Source: a bacterium
GTDB lineage: Bacteria > Patescibacteriota > Minisyncoccia > Minisyncoccales > UBA10102
Assembly: GCA_030647485.1 (NCBI GenBank)
Contig: JAUSJT010000002.1
Span: forward strand, 1 to 58,849
Direction of reading: 5' to 3'
Length of the DNA: 58,849 nucleotides
Shown here: positions 27,338 to 35,390 of the stretch, in pieces
How the letters are laid out: each line of letters opens with the position of its first letter
How positions within the stretch are numbered: the stretch's first letter is position 1
Made by a program: the position numbers and the translations under genes
The notes under the pieces: generated by a model
What the model was told of the DNA's origin: nothing
What the model saw: the letters and a program-made list of their open reading frames with translations, nothing else
Database searches by the model: none

Positions 27338-27400
27338 CATACAAAGAAAGTATATACTAAAGCCGAGGAAAGGGCAAAATAAGAGGGAATGAATTTCCTG

Positions 27401-27431
27401 TGTGGAGAATATGGGGATAATATGTGAACAA
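27401..27431. promoter_or_regulatory. DnaA-box cluster upstream of dnaA
   Basis: TGTGGAGAA 27401, TGGGGATAA 27412, TGTGAACAA 27423; same orientation, 11-bp period. Confidence 0.65.
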
Positions 27432-27482
27432 AAGGGCCTTCGTAGCATTTGACATACACCCAAGAGTTCCTCTGAACAGAAC

Positions 27483-27758
27483 CTGCCCAGCCAGCAAGGC
27501 GCTAAGAAAACCTCCTCGCAGGCCGAGCGGGCAGGGGTGCTAAAGCATCTTATTTTATTGGGCACCGGCGGTTCGTCTGCTCCAGCGGCAGACGACCGCC
27601 TACACTCTCGGCCTAAAAAGTCCTGCGGACACCAATCTTTTTAGGCCTCCGAGGGTTGCCATATAAACAAGATGCTTTAGCGAGCGAGGCCGAGAGAGCA
27701 CTCCGGCCACGCTGGGGCCGGAGATAGCGTGTTTTCGTGCGCCTTGCTGGCTGGGCAG
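27483..27758. repeat. 276-bp element with perfect 20-bp terminal inverted repeats and nested internal hairpins
   Basis: CTGCCCAGCCAGCAAGGCGC / GCGCCTTGCTGGCTGGGCAG; inner IR 27539-27551 / 27669-27681. Confidence 0.85.
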
Positions 27759-27810
27759 ACAAGAATTGCCGGATTGATTTTTCTGGTTTGCCGTAGTATA
27801 CTCTATAGGT

Positions 27811-27945
27811 ATGAGTATTACGTATCAGCCGAAAAAGAAGAAAAGGGCAGGGACCCACGGCTTCTTAAAGAGGAAAAGTACGAAAGGCGGGAGGAACACG
27901 GTGCAGAGGCGCAGGCAGAAGGGCCGCAAGCGTCTAACCCCGTAG
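27811..27945 (+). CDS. rpmH: 50S ribosomal protein L34
   Basis: Hand translation [44 protein letters not shown]; canonical position. Confidence 0.95.
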   Translation: MSITYQPKKKKRAGTHGFLKRKSTKGGRNTVQRRRQKGRKRLTP

Positions 27946-27954
27946 ATATTCACT

Positions 27955-28299
27955 ATGCTCCCCCAGACCGCACGGCTCCGTAAAACTAAGGACTTTAAAG
28001 AAGTATTTGGGAAAGGGAAGGGGGTGAGGGACGGCCGCCTTTTTTTAAAGGCGCGTGTGGTAAAGAATGAAGGTGTACGGTTTGGCATTGTGGTGTCAAA
28101 ACAGGTTGCAGCCAAAGCAGTAGACCGCAACCGTATGAAGAGACTGCTCCGAGAAGCCGTGAAATACTGCATGCCAGACATGCGGGGAGGACACGATATT
28201 GTCCTAGTCACGCTCCCCGGGTTTGCGGCAGCTAACCTTGCAGAGGCCAAAGCGCAGGTTATAAGTATCATTAAAAAGAGTTCTCTTGCCAAACCCTAA
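27955..28299 (+). CDS. rnpA: RNase P protein component
   Basis: RLRKTKDFKEVF, RFGIVVSKQV, AVDRNRMKRLLRE. Confidence 0.95.
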   Translation: MLPQTARLRKTKDFKEVFGKGKGVRDGRLFLKARVVKNEGVRFGIVVSKQVAAKAVDRNRMKRLLREAVKYCMPDMRGGHDIVLVTLPGFAAANLAEAKAQVISIIKKSSLAKP

Positions 28300-29030
28300 T
28301 GCAATTTCTCGCATCTCTCTATACCGCAGTTTTTTATCAGCCCGTCTTTAATGTTCTTATCCTTTTGTACAACGTTGTCCCAGGGAAAGATCTTGGGGTG
28401 TCTATTATTCTTTTGACCGCGCTTTTCCGCGTTGTCATGCTCCCCTTGAGCATAAAAGCGGCTGTGACACAAAAGAAATTCACAGAGCTTCAGCCTAGGG
28501 TAAAGGAAATTCAAGAGAAGTTCAAGACGAACAAAGACCAGCAGGCCCGAGAGCTCCTAGCGCTTTACCAGAAGGAGAAAGTAAACCCGTTTGCGGGAAT
28601 TCTGCCGCTACTCATCCAAATCCCAATCCTTCTCGCACTCTTTCAGGTGTTTGGAAAGGGTCTCCAGGCAGAGCAGATTTCCAACCTGTACTGGTTTGTA
28701 CAAAACCCTGTGCACCTTAACCCAATGTTTCTGGGATTTCTTGACCTACAAGCCAGGTCTTTGTGGATTGGAGTTGTCGCGGCAGTGCTCCAGTTTATAC
28801 AGAGCAAACAGATGGTTCCCAGGCAAAGCATAAAATCAGCAAAGCAGTCTGACTTTGCCTCAAACCTCCAAACTTCCATGGTGTATTTTTCTCCCCTCTT
28901 GACCCTTGCCATTCTCCCACAGCTTCCCGCGGCAGTAGGGCTGTACTGGATAACCACCTCTGTGTTTTCCATTTGGCAGCAGTGGTATATAACAAGAACT
29001 CCGAAGGCTCAGACCTCTTTGGCTAAGTAA
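28299..29030 (+). CDS. yidC: Membrane protein insertase YidC/Oxa1 (short form)
   Basis: LQPRVKEIQEK, LYQKEKVNPFAGILPLLIQIPIL, AVGLYWIT. Confidence 0.93.
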   Translation: MQFLASLYTAVFYQPVFNVLILLYNVVPGKDLGVSIILLTALFRVVMLPLSIKAAVTQKKFTELQPRVKEIQEKFKTNKDQQARELLALYQKEKVNPFAGILPLLIQIPILLALFQVFGKGLQAEQISNLYWFVQNPVHLNPMFLGFLDLQARSLWIGVVAAVLQFIQSKQMVPRQSIKSAKQSDFASNLQTSMVYFSPLLTLAILPQLPAAVGLYWITTSVFSIWQQWYITRTPKAQTSLAK

Positions 29031-29031
29031 C

Positions 29032-29508
29032 ATGACGAAAGAATCACTGGATATAATTGAACATGTGACGCGGGAATTCTTGGGGAAGCTCGGGGTGGAG
29101 GGGGAGATAAGGGTTGAGAGCAACCAGGAAGGAGAAGTTTCCGTGGAGGTAACGCTCCAAGAGCCCCAGCTTTTTATTGGAGAGCGGGGGCAGACCATGT
29201 TTGAAATCTCCCACATCCTCAAGGCGTTGGTGAGGAGAAAAATAGAAGAACCCGTGCGCCTTGCGTTTGATATCAACGACTATCAGAAAAACAAGGAGCA
29301 GTATTTAAGAGAACTTGCACGGACTACTGCAGACGAAGTTGTCCTATCCAAAAAAGATAAAGAACTCCCCGCAATGACGCCAGGAGAAAGGCGCATTGTA
29401 CATTTGGAGCTCGCAGAACGCCAGGATGTTGTTTCAGAAAGCGTGGGCGAGGGCCCAGAGCGCCACGTGGTGGTTAAAGTGAAAACAACAGCAATTAGCG
29501 CGTCTTAG
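29032..29508 (+). CDS. jag: Jag/KhpB KH-R3H RNA-binding protein
   Basis: LFIGERGQTM, DINDY, MTPGERRIVH, SESVGEGPERHVVV. Confidence 0.9.
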   Translation: MTKESLDIIEHVTREFLGKLGVEGEIRVESNQEGEVSVEVTLQEPQLFIGERGQTMFEISHILKALVRRKIEEPVRLAFDINDYQKNKEQYLRELARTTADEVVLSKKDKELPAMTPGERRIVHLELAERQDVVSESVGEGPERHVVVKVKTTAISAS

Positions 29509-29590
29509 TGGAAGGCATAAGAAGTGCGGGTGCTGCAAGGCGTCATGCGCTTTTTGTGGGTAAGCTCAATATGAGTAGAGTTAACCAAAA

Positions 29591-29615
29591 ATGTTAGACG
29601 TTCAACGTCTAACAT
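29591..29615. repeat. 25-bp palindrome ATGTTAGACGTT-C-AACGTCTAACAT
   Basis: Perfect 12-bp arms; degenerate relative at 46192-46211. Confidence 0.85.
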
Positions 29616-29629
29616 ACGCCGTCTACCGA

Positions 29630-29722
29630 GAGTTGGCAGAAAGGCAAGATGTTATTTCAGAGAGCGCGGGAGAAGGTGCCGAGAGAAGGGTGGTAATCTT
29701 GCCCCAAAGGGTAACTTCTTAA
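29630..29722 (+). pseudogene. Stranded, diverged copy of the jag 3' end
   Basis: ELAERQDVISESAGEGAERRVVI versus jag ELAERQDVVSESVGEGPERHVVV (18/23 aa). Confidence 0.85.
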
Positions 29723-29742
29723 TCGTAGCCCCTATATCCTTT

Positions 29743-30912
29743 CTACTTGTCCGGTAGCCCATCTACCTGTCCGGGATTTTGGCACTCAGACCTAGAGATG
29801 ACTTCAACGCCACGAATGTCATCTTTCATATCATTGTGGTTTCTTTTGCAGTCTGAAAACCGATAGTTAAAACTGTAACAGGTAATATCGGGAATAGATC
29901 TATTAAAGCAAATACGTTGTTCTTCGGTGTTGAAGGCTTCCTCATCAGTTGACTTCTCCCAGAATCTTACCGCATCATCCCCCTCGGTGATAAGCACTGA
30001 ATTCACGTCAGAACCTATGCCTTCAAAACTTTGTTGTCCGGAGAAGAATTGTTTTGTAGAGCGCCGTCCTTCAAAGTTTTTTCTGTCCAAGGTAAAGATC
30101 ACAGCGTCTAGCTCGTTTTCTGTTGGTACCGTGATGCCAGGACTTTTATGGGTTGGCCCCTTAGCTGGATCGTACTTGGATACCTTAAAGCTTTTGATAT
30201 TATCGTTCCATAGGGTCGGCTTTATTAGAAAGCCAGCAGGATCCCCCGTAAGCCAGTATCCTTTCATTTGTTCCACCGAGGTTGTAAAGTAGAGAACTTG
30301 ACCATCCGAGTGCTCGGACACCTTCTTTTCAAAAAGAGTAATCTCAAAAGGTCCTCGAATACGAATTGCATTCACGGTGCCGGTCCAGTCGTCTACGTCT
30401 TGGGGCTTGCCAAAATACCAGTATTCGTTTTCATCGCCAACGCAGGCCTCTTTTTTGCAAAGGTATACACCATCACCTGCGGCGCCTGCGGCGCCAGCTT
30501 GAATGCCTGGGAGCGAAGGCCCTTTCAGTGTGGTGAGCTCTGGGTTGATAATTTGCAGAATTATGAAAGAGGACAAAACAAGCAAGAGCCCCAAGAGGGC
30601 CATTTTTATTTTATCTTTTGCGTCTCCAGTATCGGCTGGGTTTCCTTGAGAAGTCATCCATTTCACGCCTCCCCATACGATCATGACAAACGCAGCTAAC
30701 CCGGAAATCATCACAAAGAACGTATAGAGCCATGCCACGATCTGTTCTATTGGCATGTCAAGCTTTAGAGGCAATCCACCGACTGAGGGATAACAAAGGT
30801 TTAATTTATTATCTTCCCCAGTTACAGGCGGACACTTCACCGCAGTAGTGATGCTCGGGATTATGGCACCCGCTAAGGCAATTAGTAATAAAAGAGTAAG
30901 AACAAATTTCAT
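29743..30912 (-). CDS. CPR-type (VirB2/TrbC-like) pilin fused to beta/gamma-crystallin-like repeats
   Basis: Signal peptide, two-TM pilin (VWGGVKWMTSQGN..AKDKIKMALLGL..IINPEL), then WTGTVNAIRI, WNDNIKSFKV, IGSDVNSVLI, MKDDIRGVEV. Confidence 0.7.
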   Translation of the reverse strand: MKFVLTLLLLIALAGAIIPSITTAVKCPPVTGEDNKLNLCYPSVGGLPLKLDMPIEQIVAWLYTFFVMISGLAAFVMIVWGGVKWMTSQGNPADTGDAKDKIKMALLGLLLVLSSFIILQIINPELTTLKGPSLPGIQAGAAGAAGDGVYLCKKEACVGDENEYWYFGKPQDVDDWTGTVNAIRIRGPFEITLFEKKVSEHSDGQVLYFTTSVEQMKGYWLTGDPAGFLIKPTLWNDNIKSFKVSKYDPAKGPTHKSPGITVPTENELDAVIFTLDRKNFEGRRSTKQFFSGQQSFEGIGSDVNSVLITEGDDAVRFWEKSTDEEAFNTEEQRICFNRSIPDITCYSFNYRFSDCKRNHNDMKDDIRGVEVISRSECQNPGQVDGLPDK

Positions 30913-30925
30913 ATATCTTATCGTA

Positions 30926-31426
30926 TCATTTTCCTCGTACAGTGGAAATCACTGCCCATGTCCACACCACAAATATGCTCAAAATAGGAATCAAGCCGCC
31001 CAGAAAGAATAGTAGGCCTCTTTTGAGCGCCCGCCCCGTTGCTTTCTTTCTCGCTGCTATGCTTGCTTGCTGTGACTGGCGAAAATCCTGCCGTACTTTG
31101 GGCGCTTGGCGGACTCTTTCAATTTGTTCTCTTGCAGCTTCTATCCTTCCTGACTTCCACACCATCCAAAGGATTAAGAAACCGCCGAGAATGAGGTTTA
31201 CAATAACTCCTATGGCCAGCACAACATCAAGAATGTCAATAATGATTGCAAGAAACAGGACTACGATAACATCAGGATCCAAAAAACTTCCCTGGGGAGT
31301 TCCCTGTTGCTGGCTTGTTGCCCCCTGGGATTGTCCAGTATCTTGGGCTGGGGCAACTTCTTGTGGGGGTGCTGTGGTTGCTGCTTCAGCCATTTGTTGT
31401 ATCTGCCTTGTCCTTATATTCCTCAA
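30926..31426 (-). CDS. Hypothetical membrane protein
   Basis: TM segments around a basic helix; co-oriented and overlapping the ATPase 3' end. Confidence 0.7.
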   Translation of the reverse strand: MRNIRTRQIQQMAEAATTAPPQEVAPAQDTGQSQGATSQQQGTPQGSFLDPDVIVVLFLAIIIDILDVVLAIGVIVNLILGGFLILWMVWKSGRIEAAREQIERVRQAPKVRQDFRQSQQASIAARKKATGRALKRGLLFFLGGLIPILSIFVVWTWAVISTVRGK

Positions 31427-33191
31427 CCGTCTTCTTTCTCAAGAGTTCTTCAGGAGACGTGGTGATGATCTCATGCTCTGCGGGAGACGCAACAACCTTA
31501 ATGGCAACATGCTTTTGGCCCGCAAAGAATATGCCCTCTCCCACTTCGGTTTCCAGCAAAAGATTCTTTTCTTGCGAGGTTAAATTGAAGGACTTTTTGA
31601 CGAGGTCTATGGTTGCCGGGCTTTGCTTCATTAATATTTGTATGGAAGAGTTCGTGATAATGGGTCTTCCATACTGCGATTTCATAAAGTCTCCCACATC
31701 TTGGGTGATGGTGGTAACGCCAAGATAGTACTTGCGTGCTCTCTTCGCAATGCCGTACAAGAATGAAGCTCCATCTTCTGACTGCATTATCCACCATGCC
31801 TCGTCTATAACCAGGATTCGTTTCTTGAGTTCAGACCTTACCTTGTTCCATATGTAGCGCATGATAATGTACATTGCCATGGGGCGCAGACCCTCTTCCA
31901 TGTCGCGAATGCCGAACGTAATAAGTTTGTTGTCTAAAGCTATATTCGTTGGCTTATTGAAGAAATTCTCATATGTACCCTTGGTGAATTTCCTTAGTCT
32001 GCGTACCAGGGATTCTGCTCCCTCCATGCCGCCTAGCACTTGCTCTAAATCCTCCATCAAGGGGATGTTGGCTGCCCAGGTTGCAGGGTTAGAATCTACC
32101 CTAATGTCTTTTGCGGCATAGGTTTCTGATATAGCCCGGTCCATAACAGCATCTTCTTCCGCGCTTAATCCCCCCAGCATAATTCGCATTAAACCAACAA
32201 GGTTGATGATGTTTGACCTCAACACGTCTTCTGGCTTTTCATCTTCTCTTGGGGTTGCCAGGTCAAAGGGGTTGATATGGTTTTCAGAACCAAGAGAAAT
32301 GTTAAAGAATGAGCCCCCTACTGCGCTTGACAGGGTTTTATACTCGTTTTCCGGATCTAGAATAATCACATCAGTCCCGGTCATTAGTTGGCGCAATACT
32401 TCGAGTTTCACTGCGTACGACTTGCCACTCCCACTTTTTGCGAATAAAACTTCGTTGGCGTTTTCCAAAGAGAACCTGTCAAACAAAATTAAAGAGTTAT
32501 TGTGACGATTAATGCCATAGAGCACCCCTTCGTTAGAGCTCAAGTCAAAAGACACAAAGGGAAAGGTAGAAGACAAGGGCTCTGTGTTCATAGATGTGTG
32601 GACTCCTATAAGGTCTTTGCCATACGGAAGACATGAGTTAAACCCTTCCTTCTGCTGGTACAGCGCAGGCTTTATATAAATGAGGCGGGATTCAAATATG
32701 GAGCGCAAGGTTGTTTCAATCTTTCTCAATTCTTCTTCTGTTTCTCCGTATATAGTTATATACAGGCCGAACTTAAACATCTTTTCTTGCGCGGTCATAA
32801 GACGATCTCGCAACCCCTCTAAATCCTGGAATCCGGTTTCAAGCTCGGGATCCCGCACCAAGCCCTTGTCCTCTTTTTCTATAAGCTCTGATTGTATCTC
32901 CGTAACCTTTCTGCGCAGCTGTTTTAATACGAATCCCGTATCAACAGGATGTATATGTATGGAGATATCCATGGGCACATCCAAGTTAATGGCAGAAGAG
33001 AGCCACGCTGCAGAAAGATACCTGGGGTATGAGAACACGAAGAAGGACTTTGCCAAGCGTCCCCCCATTTCCAAGTATCCTGTCTGTATCTTTACTGAAG
33101 CCGGGGCAATGATGTCTTTGGAGGTTGTGACTTCAGCCTCAAAGATCTTTTCTGGGGTATTATCTTTTTTCTTGAGAAAAGGGATGTTCAT
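31386..33191 (-). CDS. VirB4-like ATPase
   Basis: Walker A AKSGSGKS, ILDPENEY, INPFDL, Walker B LVIDEAW, RARKYYLG, TITQDVGDF. Confidence 0.88.
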   Translation of the reverse strand: MNIPFLKKKDNTPEKIFEAEVTTSKDIIAPASVKIQTGYLEMGGRLAKSFFVFSYPRYLSAAWLSSAINLDVPMDISIHIHPVDTGFVLKQLRRKVTEIQSELIEKEDKGLVRDPELETGFQDLEGLRDRLMTAQEKMFKFGLYITIYGETEEELRKIETTLRSIFESRLIYIKPALYQQKEGFNSCLPYGKDLIGVHTSMNTEPLSSTFPFVSFDLSSNEGVLYGINRHNNSLILFDRFSLENANEVLFAKSGSGKSYAVKLEVLRQLMTGTDVIILDPENEYKTLSSAVGGSFFNISLGSENHINPFDLATPREDEKPEDVLRSNIINLVGLMRIMLGGLSAEEDAVMDRAISETYAAKDIRVDSNPATWAANIPLMEDLEQVLGGMEGAESLVRRLRKFTKGTYENFFNKPTNIALDNKLITFGIRDMEEGLRPMAMYIIMRYIWNKVRSELKKRILVIDEAWWIMQSEDGASFLYGIAKRARKYYLGVTTITQDVGDFMKSQYGRPIITNSSIQILMKQSPATIDLVKKSFNLTSQEKNLLLETEVGEGIFFAGQKHVAIKVVASPAEHEIITTSPEELLRKKTVEEYKDKADTTNG

Positions 33192-33811
33192 TTCAATATT
33201 TCAGGAGGTATTTCAGGGTAGTATCCTACCTCTGATTCTTCTGGATGATGGTAGCTCCATAAGAGTTCAATAAGCTCCTCTGTGTTTAAGGGGACTACTT
33301 GCAAGCCAGCCCTCCGTAATCCTAACGCAACGTATTCCATTCTCTGCCAGAGCTGATTTTTCATTCTTTGAAATTCTTCTTCTGACAAGGATCCTGCGAG
33401 TTTCGGCTTGCCACCGTCTACAACCTCAAAGAAAGAGAAAGGAACCGTCACAAAGAAGTTCTTTGCCATAATAGACCCCCCGGTAATGAGGCGTTCTACA
33501 AACAAGCGATAGTCCTCGGTTTGTTTCTTTAACAGCTCGTTCTGCTGGTTGGTTTCCAGCTCTTTTAAATAGTCTAGGTAGCCTGTGATGTTCAACCTTC
33601 TTGATTGTATGGAGATTTGGAGGGGGAAGTCCAAAGAGTTCAGAAAGCTTTGGAATTGGAATATAATTGCCTGTTGCTCCTCCTCGGATTTTAAGGCAAA
33701 GTTTTGGGAAGAAACCATGAGTACTCCCCGCACTTGCCTACCCCTCAATACCAAAACCCCCTCTTTTATCTCTTCAATCTCCAGAAATTGTTGCGTAGAC
33801 GTCTCTTTCAT
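33188..33811 (-). CDS. Conserved hypothetical protein of the VirB4/PrgI cluster
   Basis: STQQFLEIEEI, NFALKSEEEQ, FLNSLDFPLQI; overlaps the VirB4 start. Confidence 0.75.
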   Translation of the reverse strand: MKETSTQQFLEIEEIKEGVLVLRGRQVRGVLMVSSQNFALKSEEEQQAIIFQFQSFLNSLDFPLQISIQSRRLNITGYLDYLKELETNQQNELLKKQTEDYRLFVERLITGGSIMAKNFFVTVPFSFFEVVDGGKPKLAGSLSEEEFQRMKNQLWQRMEYVALGLRRAGLQVVPLNTEELIELLWSYHHPEESEVGYYPEIPPEILK

Positions 33812-33918
33812 CCCGTACGAGATGTTAGGTTGATAATTTCTGTTATACTCTTATTCATATGCGCATTGATATTCCCGTTGCTGATATATATTGCATAAAA
33901 TCTCGTTCGGGATTCATG

Positions 33919-34341
33919 TCATTTATTTGTTTCCACGTGCGTTGCCAGCGTCTTTATCTTGCTTTCTTTTACCAGCTTTACCTTGGGTTTTTGTATGCCT
34001 TCCTGCACGGGTTCTGCATATACGGAGTCACTCCCCGCCTTCGCCGGGGCTTGGGCGGGCAAGCCTTTCTTCCAGATGTATATTTTTGGTCCTACGCTAA
34101 AATGCAAAAAATTCATCAAGATGATTGGGAACGATCTTCCTCCCACGTTCACGAATGCAAAAAGGAAGCCAATAGATAGAAATACAATCGCAGAGAATAG
34201 GAACACGAAAAAGGGAGCTGTAAAATATAAAAAGAAAGCAGCCGCGGTAGGCACGCCCAAATACACAAACTGTTTAAAGGTAAAGGGGCCTACCACCCGT
34301 GCCTCTCGTTCTATAAATTGTGGGACTTGGAATCGTAGCAT
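33919..34341 (-). CDS. PrgI family membrane protein
   Basis: FQVPQFIERE..VVGPFTFKQF, two TM helices, PKIYIW. Confidence 0.85.
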   Translation of the reverse strand: MLRFQVPQFIEREARVVGPFTFKQFVYLGVPTAAAFFLYFTAPFFVFLFSAIVFLSIGFLFAFVNVGGRSFPIILMNFLHFSVGPKIYIWKKGLPAQAPAKAGSDSVYAEPVQEGIQKPKVKLVKESKIKTLATHVETNK

Positions 34342-34344
34342 AGT

Positions 34345-34782
34345 TTATTCAAGGGGTTCCCTATACGTATCGTCTCCTTTGGGTTCTTCTGGCTTTTCTT
34401 TTGTAGTTTCAGCTTCTTCGGGCTTTGGAGTTACTATCTTTGCCGTAACCTCTATTTCCATTCTGTGGAGCTGTTCTAAAGCAGGCTTTACCGGGTAGAA
34501 TACCAGTCTGTTTATGTCCCTGGATATTGCGTCTGCCAGTGTTTTAGGGAGTTTTACCTCTGCTTCCAGTACGCCAGAGAACTCTTGGGGCAAGAGAAGG
34601 CCCATTAAGACATACCCCACGCGATCTGCAACCTCGCCGACCCGATTGTCGTTAATGCCGTAGCTTTCACAGGTGTTCCTAATTTCTTCTGCCGTTTCCA
34701 TAGAGAAAATAGCCTCCTGGAGCTCTTCTGGAAGCTTCTCGTATATCTTATCTAGTTGTTCTTGGGTGTATTGCCTTGGCAT
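34345..34782 (-). CDS. Conserved hypothetical protein
   Basis: LPEELQEAIFS, GYVLMGLL, INRLVF; 3-nt gap to the prgI-like gene. Confidence 0.75.
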   Translation of the reverse strand: MPRQYTQEQLDKIYEKLPEELQEAIFSMETAEEIRNTCESYGINDNRVGEVADRVGYVLMGLLLPQEFSGVLEAEVKLPKTLADAISRDINRLVFYPVKPALEQLHRMEIEVTAKIVTPKPEEAETTKEKPEEPKGDDTYREPLE

Positions 34783-34791
34783 AGAGAGGTA

Positions 34792-34820
34792 TTGACATTT
34801 TTGAAGTTATAGTGTATAAT
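34792..34820 (+). promoter_or_regulatory. Perfect consensus sigma70 promoter
   Basis: TTGACA-17 nt-TATAAT. Confidence 0.85.
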
Positions 34821-34973
34821 GTTGCCAGTTAGGATAGCAAGGAAATCGAGTATCCTTGCTCGGGCAGCACATTCACATACCTATCAGTAAGGGGAAAGGA
34901 AAGGAGGTGACCTTAAAGTTCGGGCAGTGACCAGAGTTACGTAGCAACCAGATTATAACGCAGGAGGAAGAAC

Positions 34974-35303
34974 ATGATTGAAGCCTGGGCATTCTACCTT
35001 ACTCTGGTGATCGCCATCGCGTTGGCGATTGGCTTGATCGTCGCCGGGGTTGTCTGGCTCATGAAACGAGGCAATCCCCGGATCCGTGCCGCGCGCCAGC
35101 GGCGTCGGCAAGCCCAGAAGCGGGCCGACGAACAGGCCCGTCACACCATTGAGGTGTTGGCGGAGGCAGATGCGCTAACCGATGAGGTTGCGGATCTACG
35201 CCAAGACTTGGCAGGAGAGCAGCAGCGCGATCAGTTGAGAGCTATGCGGACCACTCTGCGGCCAGGAGTTAAGTCAGGCGCTGACGAAGACTCTAAAGCG
35301 TAG
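34974..35303 (+). CDS. Orphan single-TM protein with coiled-coil tail (109 aa)
   Basis: AGGAGG RBS, upstream consensus promoter, downstream hairpin; visibly more GC/CpG-rich than neighbours. Confidence 0.75.
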   Translation: MIEAWAFYLTLVIAIALAIGLIVAGVVWLMKRGNPRIRAARQRRRQAQKRADEQARHTIEVLAEADALTDEVADLRQDLAGEQQRDQLRAMRTTLRPGVKSGADEDSKA

Positions 35304-35324
35304 GCAGTTCTTTCCCGGGTAAGA

Positions 35325-35368
35325 GGGGGAGAAGAGAAAGGGATTCTATCCTAAGTATCTTCTCCCCC
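35325..35368. terminator. Hairpin between convergent genes
   Basis: GGGGGAGAAGA / TCTTCTCCCCC 11-bp stem. Confidence 0.6.
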
Positions 35369-35390
35369 GCTTTGTTATATTTGAAAGTGC

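Noticed and set aside
29509-29742. RNase P RNA or other ncRNA after jag
   Set aside because: No RNase P conserved motifs; the region is explained by the palindrome and the stranded jag fragment.
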